64,000 nt of DNA from Eledone cirrhosa (lineage: Eukaryota). The position numbers and the translations under genes are program-made. How positions within the stretch are numbered: position 1 is the first letter of the stretch; the number at the start of each line of letters is the position of its first letter. The notes under the pieces are model-generated. The model saw nothing but the letters and a program-made list of their open reading frames with translations. It did no database searches and was not told the DNA's origin. Location: positions 28,954,001-29,018,000 of the forward strand of contig OZ024743.1 in assembly GCA_964016885.1 (NCBI GenBank), read 5' to 3'. Below, piece by piece: positions 1 through 14,099 of the stretch.

Positions 1-95
1 CCCTTCCTAACACCAACCTCATTTACAGTGAGTGCTGGGTGCTTTTTTGCCGTGGCACCTCCACAACTACTTTGCAGTGGAATGATAGGGACTGG
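1..95 (-). mobile_element. Fragment of RTE-associated structured 3' module (window edge)
   Basis: Closely matches parts of 50331-50445 (cccttcctaacaccaacctcatttacagtg...gccgtggcacctccacaac). Confidence 0.7.
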
Positions 96-110
96 GGTCA
101 CACATATCTT

Positions 111-260
111 CACCTCTCATTTCTACAGCTGAGGAAACTGGAGCAATGTGAAATAAAGTGTCTTGCTCAAGGAAACAACACATCATCCAGTCTGAGAATT
201 GAACTCACAACCTTTCGATTGCAAGGCCAATGCTCTAACCACTAAGCCATGTGCCTCCAT
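111..260 (-). mobile_element. tRNA-derived SINE, family 1 (CORE-like)
   Basis: Minus strand reads ggaggcacatggcttagtggttagagc (A box), gagttcaattc (B box), tccttgagcaagacacttt; near-identical copy at 46308-46479. Confidence 0.8.
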
Positions 261-506
261 GTGTCTTCTTAACTCTTATATTTCATTATTTAGATGTCCA
301 GAGTGAGACTTTTACAAGAGGAGCCTAATTATCTGATTATGTCAAGGAAGCATTTTACAATATAAACACACACACAATGGTTGTCTGCTCATGTCCAAGA
401 GTGACCAGCCTTGACAATAAAAATAATCATGTTTTGAACAGTCACTCTTTAAGTTTGACAGACTCTAACATGTTTTTCTGAAGACCTTTCAAACTAAACA
501 GCTTAC

Positions 507-624
507 ATGCACATTAGTATACAAATATACATTTTGATGTCTAGCATTGCTTTTTAAGCCATTAATAGATCTGCAAACCTTCCCATATGTACAGCATATT
601 ATACAATTTATTGCCATGAACATA
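507..624 (-). pseudogene. Decayed exon, cyclic-nucleotide-binding-domain-like (YVHGNKLYNMLYIWEGLQIY*)
   Basis: Bounded by tatag| and |gtaag; peptide resembles CNBD GDxxxxMYxIxxG; contains in-frame stops. Confidence 0.4.
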
Positions 625-770
625 CTATAGTCAAGGTATTGTCTGATCTTGTGACTTTATGGGTGACATATATGCCCATGAATATTACAGACTAAGTTTA
701 CCCCATCCACTTTACAAATTATGCTTTTTCATGCAGCTCACGTAACTTTTGCACCCACTTCATCCTGTTT

Positions 771-1135
771 CTATTTTCTCCAATGGTTGTGATGAAAAGC
801 ATTTCTTTCCCAGTTGACATCACTTATTTTCAATGCTTTCAAAGAGAAGTTTGCACAATCCTTAAAATACAGCCTGCATTTGAACTGATGATGCTTTCTG
901 TATACAAGCTCACCATTCAATATCTGATTTGGAATCCTCTGATCATTTATTTGCATGGGTTGGATAGGTCTTTTCCAACACAACATCCCCTCACTTGCCA
1001 TGGTCATTCATTAACTCGACTATGAGTTTCAGTGATTTGATATCAGCTCTCAGAAACTCTGCCCAGCTCTTCCTTGGTCTCCCTCTACTGTAGCTCCTTT
1101 CCACTAGGATTTCTTGGCACTTCTTCACCCAATAA
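771..1135 (-). mobile_element. Old RTE/BovB-like LINE 3' fragment
   Basis: ORF 771-1007 DQRIPNQILNGEL...RLYFKDC matches the RTE C-terminal RIPKxxLYGEL...KD motif. Confidence 0.6.
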
Positions 1136-1144
1136 TTGTCATCC

Positions 1145-2050
1145 ATAAATGAGGAGTTTAAGACTGGCTGTCCATGGAAACTTTTTTATGGTTCATATAG
1201 CTGAATCAATAGAATAATGAGAGAACAAATCTCAACTGAGCAAACAAAATTTACAAAAGGCCTGAAAGTAAACTTAGCAAACCCTAAAGTGCTAATACGT
1301 AGGAAAGAAGACAGGATACTGATCCCATCAGGGAAAATGGGCCTATTCAATATGCAGAAAAGGAATAGGTAGAAACTCTATATGCAAATCTTGACTACAC
1401 AAGAGGTAATTGATAGTAAATAAATGTCAGTGATATAAACCTTTTCCAATCACATGAGGATCCATAAAAGTGGTTGATAACTTTTGCTAACTACGTAATC
1501 TAATAAGCAGTGGAGGAGGGTGATCAGAGAGTATAGCTGCTAGAATAAGGATAGGATGGAAAAAGTTTAGAGAGCTACTGCCTCTGTGTGTGAAGTCCGA
1601 TGCTGCATAGTAGTGAAAAAAGGGCAGTGACTGCAACAGATATGCATGGGCTGGAGAGAAATGAAGCAAGCATGCTTCGATGGATGTGCAATGTAAATGC
1701 AAGAGAATAGTAGAGCTTGGATGAACTGAGGGAAAAGCTAGGTGGTATAAGAGGTGTCAGATGTAGTGTGCAAGAAAGGAGACTGCAATGGTATAGACAA
1801 ATTATCTGCATGGTTGGTGATTGTTGGGTGAAGAAGTATCAGGAAATCCCAATAGAAGGAATCCACAGTAGAAGAAGACCAAGGAAGACTTGGGTAGAGG
1901 TGGTGAGAGCAGATCTCAAATCGGTGAAACAGAGAGGAGATGACAAACGAAGCAAGAAGTGGAGAGATGCTGTGCTGAAAAAGACCCATCCAACCCATGC
2001 AAGCATGAAAAAGAGAATGTAAAAATGACTGGGATGATGATGATGATGAT
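1145..2050 (+). mobile_element. Degenerate RTE LINE 3' part (family A)
   Basis: LREKLGGIRGVRCSVQERRLQWY...RPRKTW...THPTHASMKKRM then (GAT)n tail. Confidence 0.85.
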
Positions 2051-3555
2051 ACATATATATATATATAAGTGGACATTAAATAATGGTGATAACGACATAT
2101 ATATATATAAATAATTTTGTTTTATGAAGCTATATATTTACATATATATATTTAAGTAAATTTTCTCTATAAAGTATAAGGTCTCTTAAGACCAGTAAAT
2201 GGCTTTAATTTCTGCAGAGTTATGTACATGTGTAACAAAACTTCTTTTGGCTAAAATACATTTCTATTACATGTAACATTCTCACAAGATGAACAGCAAC
2301 TTCCATTGGCTATATAAACTAAAGCATACATAAAGAGACACTACAAAATGCCTGCAGCAAATTTGAGCTCCAAATTTATGAGCTGATTACATAATAACTT
2401 ATTCACATGACTATTTTCACTGTGTAGGGGAGGAAAACATAAATTAACAAAAGAATTTCTTTTTAAATTTGTAAATGTAACAAATATATTTAAAAAGTGT
2501 AGAAAATATTCTCGGGGGGAATTATTTTAAGAATTAATAGACCTCAATAGAAATCAATTCTTACAAAAAAAAAAAATTAATGTTTGGGGGTGTAAAATCA
2601 AAACCTGGCATTCAGCTTTATTTTGAAAAAGTTGTTTTCTTTATCAGTGAATTTGGACAAAACAAACTAAACATGTGTGAACAAAATAACAGAAATTAAA
2701 ATGTTTTATAGGCACAGGCATGCACAAGTTAATTTTGTTTGCAGCCATGTGGTTCCAAGTTCAATTCCAGGGCATTAATTACATTTTGAACAAGTATCTA
2801 TTACTATAGACTTGGCTATACAAGTGTGAGTGGAATTTGGTAGATCCATCATCATCATTCTCATCAGTTTTACATCCATTTCTCCATGCTGGCATAAGGT
2901 GGATGAGACATGGATGCCCTTGCCCTAGCTGATGTTAACCCTCAGTCTTTTTTTTATTTTAAGTAAGTTATGGATCTTTGCATATCTAACAGGATTTCTG
3001 TTCATGTGGAATGTAAAATATTACTACCTTTGATGATGAGTTTGAATGGGAAGAGAAGGGAAAAGACAAACACAAAAATGAAGATATATGCATTGGCTTC
3101 TTACAGTTTTCATCTATCAAATTCATTCACAAGGCACTGGCACATAGTAGAAGATACTTAGCCAAGGTGCTACACAGTAAGTCAGAACCTAAGACCATGG
3201 GATTACAAAACAAACTTCTTAATCATGCAGCTATGCCGACTCATATGTGTGTGTGTGTGTGTGTGTCCAGTTTCGAATTGGTATCCCATACCCCTGTATG
3301 TTCTAAGAGGTGAATGAAAGGGTTTCTGCCAGAAAAGATATCTGGCTGTAAAACTTTGTCTCAAAAAAGACCCCATGATGTGTATGTAGCTTGTTGTGGG
3401 GCTTGCAAGGCTAACCTTTGCTTTAACATGGAAGATGGCCTGAAATATCAACAGGGATTGATATGATCAATTGAAACAGCTGAAGACAGTGCTGTAGCAC
3501 ATTTACTGAAACCAATAAGAAAATAAATAAGGAATGTGAAATAGACACTATGAAA

Positions 3556-5619
3556 TTATCATCATCATCATCATTTTACGTCCGCTTTTCCCTGCTTGCA
3601 AGGGTGGGACAGGACCTATTCAGCACAGCATCTCTCCACTTGTCACGGTCCTTCGTCATCTCCACTGTGAACTTCAGCGAACTGAGGTCTGCGCTCACCA
3701 CCTCCGCGCATGTTTTTTGTGGTCTTCCTCTACTAGGTCTTCCTTCAACTGGCATTTCTTGGCACTTCTTCACCCATCGGTCATCCTCCATGCGCATCAC
3801 ATATCCAAACCATCGCAGTCTCCTCTTCCGCACTCAACAATTTATCCCTCTCAGACACAGTCTCTCTCTAAACACATCCATGCTCGGCCATTGACGCACA
3901 TTGACATTGCATATCCAACGGAGCATGCTTGCCTCATTTCTCTCCAGCTGTTGCATATCTTCTGCAGTTGCTGCCCATGTCTCACTACCATGCAGGCATC
4001 ATATAACCCGCCTTCTGTATGCAGGAAGAAACCCTTCTTCGTCAGCAGAGAAAGCAACTTCCTAAACTTCTTCCAACCCATCCTTATTCTAGATACTATG
4101 GCCTCGGAACACCCCCCTCCCATGCTAATCTGATCACCTAGATACAGGAAGCTATCAACTACTTCTATAGAACCAACCTGCATTTGCAAAATGTGTCTAT
4201 CAATGCGACTTCTACTGTCAAATTTCCCTGTACATCTACTGCATACGTATTTCTCCCTACCTCTTAGTTTGCCTGCTATTCTACTACATCTCTTGTGTAC
4301 CCAAGATCTGCATTGTGTACATTTTATAGAATTCATGCCAGTTCCTTTTTTGCATATCTAACATGGCCATTTCCCTGATGGAATCAGAGTTTTGTCCTCT
4401 TTTCTACTCATCAACACTTTTGTTTTAGCTAGGTTCTCTCTCGGTCTTCTTGATTCCAACTGCTGTTTCCATAGCCAGAATTTATTCTCCAGCTCCTCTA
4501 CTGATTCTACTATAAGAACCAGATCGTCGGCATAGAGAAGTTCCCATGGACAGCCAGTCTTAAACTCCTCTGTTATGGCTTGGAGGACTATAATGAACAA
4601 GAGAGGGCTGACGACCGAACCCTCATGTACTCCTACTTGTATCTGGAATTCCTCACTAAACTCCATTCCTACCCTCACTTTACTGACAGCACCTCTGTAC
4701 AAAGCTTCTATTGTCCTCAAGCCATTCCTCAACACCTAGCTTCCTCAGGGACCACCAGATAACAGATCGGGGTACCCTATCAAAGGCCTTCTCTAGGTCA
4801 ACAAAAGCTAAGTATAGTGGCGTATTCATCTCTAAGAACCTCTCTTGTAATTGTCTCACTAAGAAGAGGGCATCCGTTGCACTTTTCCCAGGCACAAAAC
4901 CAAACTGCATCTCATCTAGTTTGACCCTTTCTCTAATTAGTTGTGCTAATATCCTTTCTGCCACTTTCATAACCTGATCCACCAGTTTTATGCCCCTATA
5001 ATTGCCCCCCTCCAGAGTATCCCCTTTACCTTTGTAGCAATTTATGAGAATACTGCTGCACCAGTCTTTGGGTATGACACCACCATATATAGACTGATTG
5101 ATGATGCGTGCAACCAGTTCAGTGCCTATGTCCCCTGATGCCTTCAGCATCTCAGCAACTATCCCCGACGGTCCAGCAGCCTTATCATTTTTCATTTCCT
5201 TAATCGCCTCTTGGACCCTATATTCATCAATCTCAATAGCTGGTCCCTCTGTCAGATCTACTGGGGGTAATTTCTCTCTCTCCCATTTGTTCTCCACATT
5301 CATCAGTCTTTCATAATGACATTTCCAGGCCTCCTTTTTCTGATCATTCGTGACACTAAGTACACCGGCATCATTCCGGACACATTTATCTCCAACAACA
5401 TCCTGATTTGCATTGACACACTGCCTTGCAATGTGGAACATCGAACGTCTCTGATCTTCCCGTCTCAGAACATTGGCAAACCTCCTACTCTCAGCCCCCC
5501 TGCGTGCTAAGTACACCTGACACGGCTGTATATCCTTCTCTACTCCCACCCTTTTTCAAAGCCTTCCATGCTAGTCTTTTGTCTCTAATGGCCCTATGTA
5601 CTGTGCTGTTCCACCACCA
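3556..5619 (-). mobile_element. 5'-truncated RTE LINE (family A), frameshifted RT
   Basis: ORFs 4680-5549, 4358-4735, 3851-4336, 3576-3833 give NYRGIKL, QFGF, FVDLEKAFDRV, GSVVSPLLF, YADD, RRLRWFG; (CAT)n tail at 3557-3573. Confidence 0.95.
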
Positions 5620-6194
5620 GAGAGAGAGAGTGAGAGAGAGAAAATGAATAGACCCTAGTTCTTGACTTGTATTTTGTTTAATGACACCAATAGATTAAAA
5701 AGCAAAGTTGACCATCACAGGATTTAAACTCAGAGGACATAGAGTTGGAACTAGTAGTACAAAGTATTTTATGAAATGCTTTAATGAGGAATTCAGTGTG
5801 CAGATAGGAGTTCATCAAAGCTTTATTTCCAACCTAGTTCTATTTATTATAGTTATTCAGGCCATAACAGAGGAGCTTGTGTATTGTTCTTATAGCCAAA
5901 TATGTGGAAGAGTTAAAGAAGTAACTCCAAAAAAGAATTGACCTTATCTGTGGTGGGCCATCCATTATCATTATACAATTCATCAGAAATGAAAGTAGAT
6001 GTTAAATTATAATGATGCTGACAATGTTGAATGAGTGTGTTACATTGGAATTTGTTATATATATATATATATATATAATAATGATATATATATATATAAT
6101 GATAATGATATACATATATATATATATATATATATAATATATATCATTATCAGTGTTTAACGTCCATTTTTCTATGCTATCATTTATATTACTA

Positions 6195-6622
6195 TTACAC
6201 ATCCATCAAAGCGTAGTAGCTTCATTTCTTTCCAATCTTCACAGGTCTTCTGCACACAATGCCCAAGTCTCACCTCCATGCAAATTGCTGTTCATATACA
6301 TGCACATATAGTCTGCCCTTCATTTTGAAGTCAAAACCTTTTGTAGGTAGCAATGGCAGTAGCTCCCTGAACTTTCTCCAACCCATTCTCACTCAGGCTA
6401 CTGTGCTTTTCGAACACCTCCTCCACTGCTAATTTGGTCAACCAGGTAACCGAAACTACTACTTCTAGAAAGCCCTCTGGGCATTTGAAGGAGCTTGTAT
6501 CCTGTGGGCTCTTGCTAATTACTGCACCTGTGCATTGGCAACATGTAAAACATGCGTTCTTTGCTAGCCTACCTGAGATACCACTACATCTCATGTGTAC
6601 CCATAGTTTGCACTTGGGACAC
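6195..6622 (-). mobile_element. RTE LINE internal fragment
   Basis: CPKCKLWVHMRCSGISG...FTCCQC zinc finger, homologous to the 50481-51881 ORF. Confidence 0.8.
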
Positions 6623-6737
6623 ATATGAGAGAGAGATAAAGGACCAATCTTAAATTCATATGCATTCATACAAATATGTATAAACATGTCAGTATATACA
6701 TTTATTTTACACACTCTCACACACACACACACACACA

Positions 6738-6769
<32 letters not shown>

Positions 6770-7092
6770 CTTACTTATACACAATCAAAATATTTATTCA
6801 TATGCTTACATAATTTATAAATCATCATCATCATCATCATATGTACATATTTGTATTTTAACAGAGTGATATAGATATAGGAATAAATATATCGATACAT
6901 AAGCAGATGAATAATGTACCTAACATATATGCACTCTTATCTATATAAAGTTATAAACTATACATTTGCATACATATCTATATCTATATCCACCTACTCA
7001 TAAACAGACATACTCACTCATATATATGTGTACATTTACACACACATATATATATACACGTAAATATAGGTATCATATATAAACATATATAC

Positions 7093-7796
7093 GTAAGACG
7101 ACAGCTGTATAACAAAGTGCAGGGCAATAAAGATAGACGGTAGCCACGGAGTAGGCAGACCCAGAAAAACATGGGACGAGCTGATAAATTCCGACCTCAC
7201 ACGCTTACACCTCTCCAAGACAATGTCACTGGACCGAGACCTTTGGCGGTACTCAGTAATAGAGAAGACCCGCCTTACCTATATACAAAGTAAAAACCTA
7301 CTACAGTCAGTAGGCATCTCTATCAAAACACACCCCCGTCCCACCACCTCCACCCCATCCACACCGCCCCTTTCAATGTAAAGTTATGTTGGTCCCACAA
7401 CATCCAGGCCGAAACAAATGAGATCGTGTAGGTGTCACGACAAAAAAAAAACACAGTCCACGCTGTAAATGTGGCCGTGTAGGCAACACGGTAAAAACCT
7501 CCCAGCCCCACACTGTAAATGTGGTTGGTGTTAGGAAAGGCATCCAGCTGTAGAAAACCCGCCAGACAGTCCACGCTGTAATGTGGCCGTGTAGGCAACA
7601 CGGTAAAAACCTCCCAGCCCCACACTGTAAATGTGGTTGGTGTTAGGAAGGGCATCCAGCTGTAGAAAACCCGCCAGACAGTCCTATGCGAGCAAGACAA
7701 CCACTCTTGCCTCAAGTGGGAAAACCCCCGTCCAAACCCATGCAAGCGTGGAACACGGACGCTAAACCTGATGATGACGATGATGATGATGATGAC
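7093..7796 (+). mobile_element. RTE family B 3' end with duplicated structured 3' module
   Basis: DDSCITKCRAIKIDG..RPRKTW coding end, then ~110-bp duplicated module and (GAT)n; near-identical inverted copy at 60975-61750. Confidence 0.9.
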
Positions 7797-8949
7797 ACAT
7801 ACAATGTACACAGCCTCGCACATATACATAGGTACAAACATAAGCAGATAGGCATAAACAATTACCTGCATATATTCATCAGTAGACTTACATTTACATG
7901 TCCAGAGATGCAAACTAATTGAATACATGCATTCATAGAGATACTTATAAAGATATGGATATCATTTGCACATGACATATTCTTTCACATGTAAATAAAC
8001 AAATAGATATAAACACTCCACTCCTTGGTGTAACCCAGCTTGTGGAGTATGTATCTTTACTTTTAGTATGAATCGAGTGTAAGAGTTGTTATGTGTACCT
8101 ATTGAGTTGTAGAAAATTGAAAGAATAGTAGTTTGTCCAGGGGCTCTTATTGCTATGTGTGATGCTATTATTAAGCCGGCTTATAGTATTTAAATGACTT
8201 TATGACTTTGTGGTTACAAGATATTATTAATTCCTGTTTTATTTTTGTTTAGTGGAGATCATTATCTAAAATACACACACATTTGTGTGTGTCTGGGGAG
8301 AGAGAAAGTGATCTTTGGTTTGCAATTCTTAGGATTTTACATTTATTTAAAAAATAATTGTTCAGAATAATATTTTTATATTCTTTCTGGTTTCAGTCAT
8401 TGAACTGTGGTTGTGCTGAAAAACTGTCTTTAAGGGTTTAGCTGATGTACTAACCCCAGTAGTTATTTGGTTTTTCAAATCTGATACACATTTCATTAAT
8501 TGCTATTTGTCAAACTGCTAAGTTATAGGATATAAACAAACAGTGGTAGTGTAAATATAAACACAAGCATGGACACGCGCACACATGAACATTTCTGCAC
8601 AGTTTCTACCTACCAAATTCATTGACAAAACATTGGTCAACCAGAGACTATTGTAGAAGAAACTTGCCCAAAGTGACATGGAATGGGACTAAACCCAAGA
8701 TGATTTAATAGTGAAGCAAACTCCTTAACTACACAGCTACATCTATACCTATCAATATAATTTCTAAGAAGGTAAACCAGTTATTAATATTATTTATTGT
8801 GTGTGAACTTCGTAAAGATAAGTGTTCATTTTTTATATCTCCAAAATTGTGTTGAAATTGTATGTGTAATGATTGTGAGAAGCTTCATAAGGGGATTGTA
8901 TATATATATGTTTCCATTGTTTCTGCACATTATTTCTTCATATATTCTT

Positions 8950-9092
8950 CACATAGAGTTACGGCCCTTGCCATTCTGAGTTCAAATCCCGCCGAGGTTA
9001 ACTTTGCCTTTCATCCTTACGGGGTTGATAAAATAAAGTACCAGTAATACACTGGGTAATTGCTGGCCTCGTGCCTAATGTAGAAACAATTA
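8950..9092 (+). mobile_element. SINE family 2 (partial)
   Basis: gagttcaaatcccgccgaggttaactttgcctttcatccttacggggttgataaaataaagtaccag...gaaacaatt; many copies in the window. Confidence 0.85.
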
Positions 9093-9199
9093 TTTCTTCG
9101 TAAAGATGGGTGTTCATGTTTGTGTTGAATTTGTAGAGACTTGTATATGTATATATGTATGTATGTGACTTATAAACTGTGTTAAAAATTGTATGTATA

Positions 9200-12100
9200 A
9201 GCCATTACGGTTCTCACTTACACTGCCACCACATTCGGTATACATGTCTGATGCTGTATTCTAACCACTCCCTCATGAATATATCATAGAACAGACAAGG
9301 GATGGACGGAGGCTCCATAAGCCATAATGTAGGCAACCCCTCTAGGAGAGCTACCACTCCGAATAAATTGGTGTGGAGTAGAGAAGTCCCCTAAGTCCAG
9401 TAAGACAACTTCTCTAATGCTGGTGGCACGAATAAAAGAACCCAGTCCATGATGTAAAAATGGAGGGGTGGTTAGGGCCCCTGAGTCCAGTAAGACGACC
9501 TCTCTAGTGCTGGTGGCACGAATAAAAGCACCTAGTCCATGCTGTAAAATGGAGGGGTAGAAAGGGCCCCTGAGTCCAGTAAGACATCCGCTCTAGTGCT
9601 GGTGGCACGAATAAAAGCACCTATTCTATGCTGTAAAGTGGTGCTGGTGTTAGGAAGGGCATCCAACCAGTATATATACTACTGCCAAAAACTATGAGCA
9701 CAACAAGTGAGAATTACAACAACTGCGTCAACAGCAATAAGACTAACCATGTTAGGGCTGCGCACAGTAGTGGGGTGGCTGGTGCGGCCATGTGCGAGAA
9801 CCCCCCCCCCCCCCCCCCCGACCATCATCAAACAATTGCACAACAGGAAAAAGAACAAGTCATCGCATCTCAGAGTTGCCACACTTAATGTTGGCACTCT
9901 AACAGGTAGATCTGGTGAAATAGTGGAGATGGTGGAGAGAAGGCATGTGGATGTTTGTTGCGTGCAAGAGGTGAGATGGAGAGGTGCCTCTGCGAGACTA
10001 TTCACAGGCAAACATCTTAGTTATAAGCTTTTCTGGGTGGGTAATGATGATGGGTTAGGGGGAGTAGGCATTTTCCTGGCTGAGAGATGGATCGATAAGA
10101 AAATAGAGGTAGTTCGAGTTAGTAATAGAATATTAAGCTTAGATTAGTTTTAGGCAAGAGACTACTGACAATCATCTCTGCCTATGCTCCCCTGGCAGGC
10201 CTAGGTAAAGAAGAGAAAGACTGCTTTTACGAGCAACTTTTACAAACAGCCGCAATGACGGAGGATGGAGACATCGTTATGCAAGCAGGGGACTTCAATG
10301 GTCATGTTAGACAGTTCCAGGATGGTTACACAGGGGTACATGGTGGGCATGGTTACGGCTCAAGAAATGAAGAAGGAGTGAGACTTCTTGAATTTTGTGA
10401 TACAAGTGCACTAACCATTTGCAACACTAACTTCCAGAAACCTGCCAACAACCTAATAACCTACAAATCAGGCGTGAACATAAGCAAGATAGACTTCTTG
10501 CTAATTAGGCAGCGGGACAAACAGATGGTGTTAAATACCAAGGCATACCCTGGGGAAGAATGTACCCCACAGCATAGATTAGTCATTAGTGATATCTCAG
10601 TAAGCAAAAGACGGAATCAGACATACAGGAAGGTGTGGAGAAGAAAGGTCTAGAAGTTAAAAGATCTTTCACTAAAATACAAATTTAGGAAAGCCCTTCA
10701 AGATGTGTATGACGAAAAAGAAGACGATTTAGAGTCGTATGCCAGATGATAACTGGAATTTTTTACTTGACAACTTACTGCAGGTTACTGAAGAAACCTG
10801 TGGCTGGAGCAGAGCTCCTACCAGACAGAGAGTGACCTGGTGGTGGAACAGCATAGTAGATAGGGCCATTAGAGACAAAATATTAGAAAGGAATGCTTGG
10901 AAGAAAGGTGTGAGCAGAGAAGGATATACAGCCGCTAAGAGAGAAGCTAGACGTCAGGTGTACCTAGCATGTAGGGAAGCTGACAGTAGTAGGTTTGCCA
11001 ATGTTGCGACGGGAAGATCAGAGATGTGTGGTGGTCCGCATTGCAAGGCAGTGTGTCAGTGCTAATCAGGATGTTGTTGGAGATAAATGTGTCCGGAATG
11101 ATGCTGATGTACTTAGTGTCATGAATGATCAGAATGATCAGAAAGGAGGCCTGGAAATGTCATTATGAAAGACTGATGAATGTGGAGAACAAATGGGAGA
11201 GAGAGAAATTACCCTCAGTAGATCTGACAGAGGGACCAGCTATTGAGATTGACGAATATAGGATCCAAGAGGTAAAAATGATAAGGCTGCTGGACCGTTG
11301 GTGATATTTGCTGAGATGCTGAAGGCATCAGGGGACATAGGCACTGAACTGGTTGCACGCATCATCAATCAGTCTATATATGGTGGTGTCATACCCAAAG
11401 ACTGGTGCAGCAGTATTCTCATAAATTGTTACAAAGGTAAAGGGGATGCCCTGGAGAGGAGCAATTATAGGGGCATAAAACTGATGGATCAGGTTATGAA
11501 AGTGGCAGAAAGGATATTAGCACAACTAATTAGAGAAAGGGTCAAACTAGATGAGATGCAGTTTGGTTTTGTGCCTGGGAATAGTGCAACGGATGCCCTC
11601 TTCTTAGTGAGATAATTACAAGAGAGGTTCTTAGAGAAGAATAAGCCACTATACTTAGCCTTTGATGACCTGGAGAAGGCCTTTGATAGGGTACCCCAAT
11701 CTGTCATCTGGTGGTCCCTAAGGAAACTAGGTGTTGAGGAATGGCTTGGGAGGACAGTGCAAACTTTTTACAGAGGTGCTGTCAGTAAAGTAAGGGTAGG
11801 AATGGAGGTTAGTGAGGAATTCCAGATACAAGTAGGAGTATATCAAGGTTCGGTCCTCAGCCCGCTCTTGTTCATTATAGTCCTCCAAGCCATAACAGAG
11901 CATTTTAAGACTGGCTGTCCATGGGAACTTCTCTATGCTGACGATCTGGTTCTTATAGCAGAATCAGAGAAATGGCCATGTTCGATATGCAGAAAAGGAA
12001 CTGGCATAAATTCTATAAAATGCACACAATGCAGATGCTGGGTACACAAGAGATGTAGTGGGATAGCAGGCAAACTAACAGGTAGGGAGAAATACGTATG

Positions 12101-12802
12101 CAGTAGATGTACAGGGAAATTTGACAGTAGAAGTCGCATTGATAGACACATTTTTCAAATGCAGGTTGGTTCTATAGAAGTGGTTGATAGCTTCCTGTAC
12201 CTAGGTGATCAGATTAGCATGGGAGGGGGTGTTCCGAGGCCATAGTATCTAGAATAAGGATGGGTTGGAAGAAGTTTAGGGTGCTGCTTCCTCTGCTGAC
12301 GAAGAAGGGTTTCTCCCTGCGTACGAAAGGTCGGTTATATGATGCCTGTGTGAAGAGCACAATGCTGCATGGTAGTGAGACATGGGCAGCAACTGCAGAG
12401 GATATGCGACAGCTGGAGAGAAATGAGGCAAGCATGCGTTGGATGTGCAATGTCAATGTGCGTGAATGACCCAGCATGGATGTGTTAAGAGAGAAACTGT
12501 GTCTGAGAGGGATAGAATGTAGTGTGCAAGAGAGGAGACTGCGGTGGTATGGACATGTGATGCGCATGGAGGATGACCAATGGGTGAAGAAGTGCCAGGA
12601 AATGCCAGTTGAAGGAAGATGTGGTAGAGGTAGACCACGAAAAACATGGGCGGAGGTGGTGAGAATAGACATCAGATCACTGAAGCTCACGGTGGAGATG
12701 ACAAAGGACCGTGACAAGTGGAGAGATGCTATGCTGAATAAGACCCATCCCACCCTTGCAAGCAGGGAAAAGCGGACGTAAAATGATGATGATGATGATG
12801 AT
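9200..12802 (+). mobile_element. Near full-length RTE LINE (family A): 5'UTR with 3x ~90-bp repeats, APE endonuclease, RT; disabled by stops/frameshifts
   Basis: LRVATLNVGTL, VCCVQEVRW, AGDFNGH, IDFLL, QHRLV (APE); QGSVLSPLLF, YADD (RT); ends HPTLASREKRT* + (GAT)n. The 5' boundary is approximate. Confidence 0.95.
9385..9668 (+). repeat. Three ~90-bp tandem repeats in the RTE 5'UTR
   Basis: cccctgagtccagtaagac...tgctggtggcacgaataaaagcacc recurs at ~9388, ~9477 and ~9566. Confidence 0.85.
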
Positions 12803-14099
12803 ATATACCCATGAATTATTGATGGTCATGAGAATGACGACTCAATACTAAAGTAGAGTTTGAATATTCCTATATTATGGCTAAGTAAGTTTGGTACTCT
12901 GGAGATTCACTTGTGCACTCACAGAATCATCAGACAAGACTAAATTTTCAGTAAATAGGGGAAAACTCAAGGGAGGTTGGAGGATAGATATTTTTGAAAG
13001 GGTATGAAGGGAGGGAAAGAAGTGAGTTATGTAAAGAGAAGTGTGAAGAAAAAACAGTAAAGAAAGAACTACAATAAATATGGAAGGTGTGACATGGTAT
13101 GTGCGATGATGATGATGATGATGATAAAGTTGATGATAAGAGTTTGTAAGATTTGTAAAAGGAATGAAGCTTTAGTTGATGATTACGATGATGAATAGGG
13201 GAAATGGATGGATGGATGGATGGTCCCATAATGCTTGGGGGAGTCGTACAGCGCTTTTAGGGCATCTTTAAACCTGGGAGAGCCTATCCTGCACCAGGTC
13301 TGAATACACTAGATTTCTTCCAGAGAAGGATAGAGAATAAGATAGTGAGAAAGAGACACAGTGGAAAAATCAGCCCCAGTATTATACTCCTTTTATCGAC
13401 CTGGAATGGATGAAAGGCAAAGTTGACCTTGGCAGGATTTGAACTCAGAGAGCAGAGAACCAAAATAAATGTTGTGTTTAAAAGTACATTAGTCGAAACA
13501 TTTTTTTCAGTTCAATAGTTTTCACTAAAAATAAGAAACACAAAACAGGAATACACAAGTTCAATTTTAATGTTATATATGTATGTATGTGTGTGTATGT
13601 ATGTATGTGTGTGTATGTATCTGTGTGTATGTATGTATACAGGTATATATATATATCATTGTTTTACTTCCACTTTTCTACGTTGGTATGGGTTGAATGG
13701 GATGGTTTAAGATAATGTTTTACAGCAGGATGCTCTTCCTAGTGTCAATGCCTTTAGTTGCTTCTTATGCTACACAGGGATACTGTGTATCAATTCTATA
13801 AACCAGGATACAAAAATAATATACAAAATCATAAACATATATCAAGCCTGCCACCATTACCAGTTATATATTGTTGCTCAACATGTTTTCTGTTTTGTCA
13901 TACACCATGACTTAGCTACTGTTTTAGATACCTGCAGAGATAGACCACTCTCTCAATCCACACACCCTTAACACAGCTGGGAGGAGAGAGGGCTGCATTT
14001 ATTTAACCCATAGATGGAAGCAAGGTTTATTTGAAGTTGACCTTTATCTGCCTTGTGACAGCATTGTCATAGGGTATGCACAGATTTTATAGACCTAAC

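Noticed and set aside
9300-9385. HDV-like ribozyme at the RTE 5' end (ggc-tccataa-gcc...ggcaac)
   Set aside because: Known for some RTEs, but I could not assign P1/P2 and the L3 loop does not fit the consensus; needs a descriptor search.
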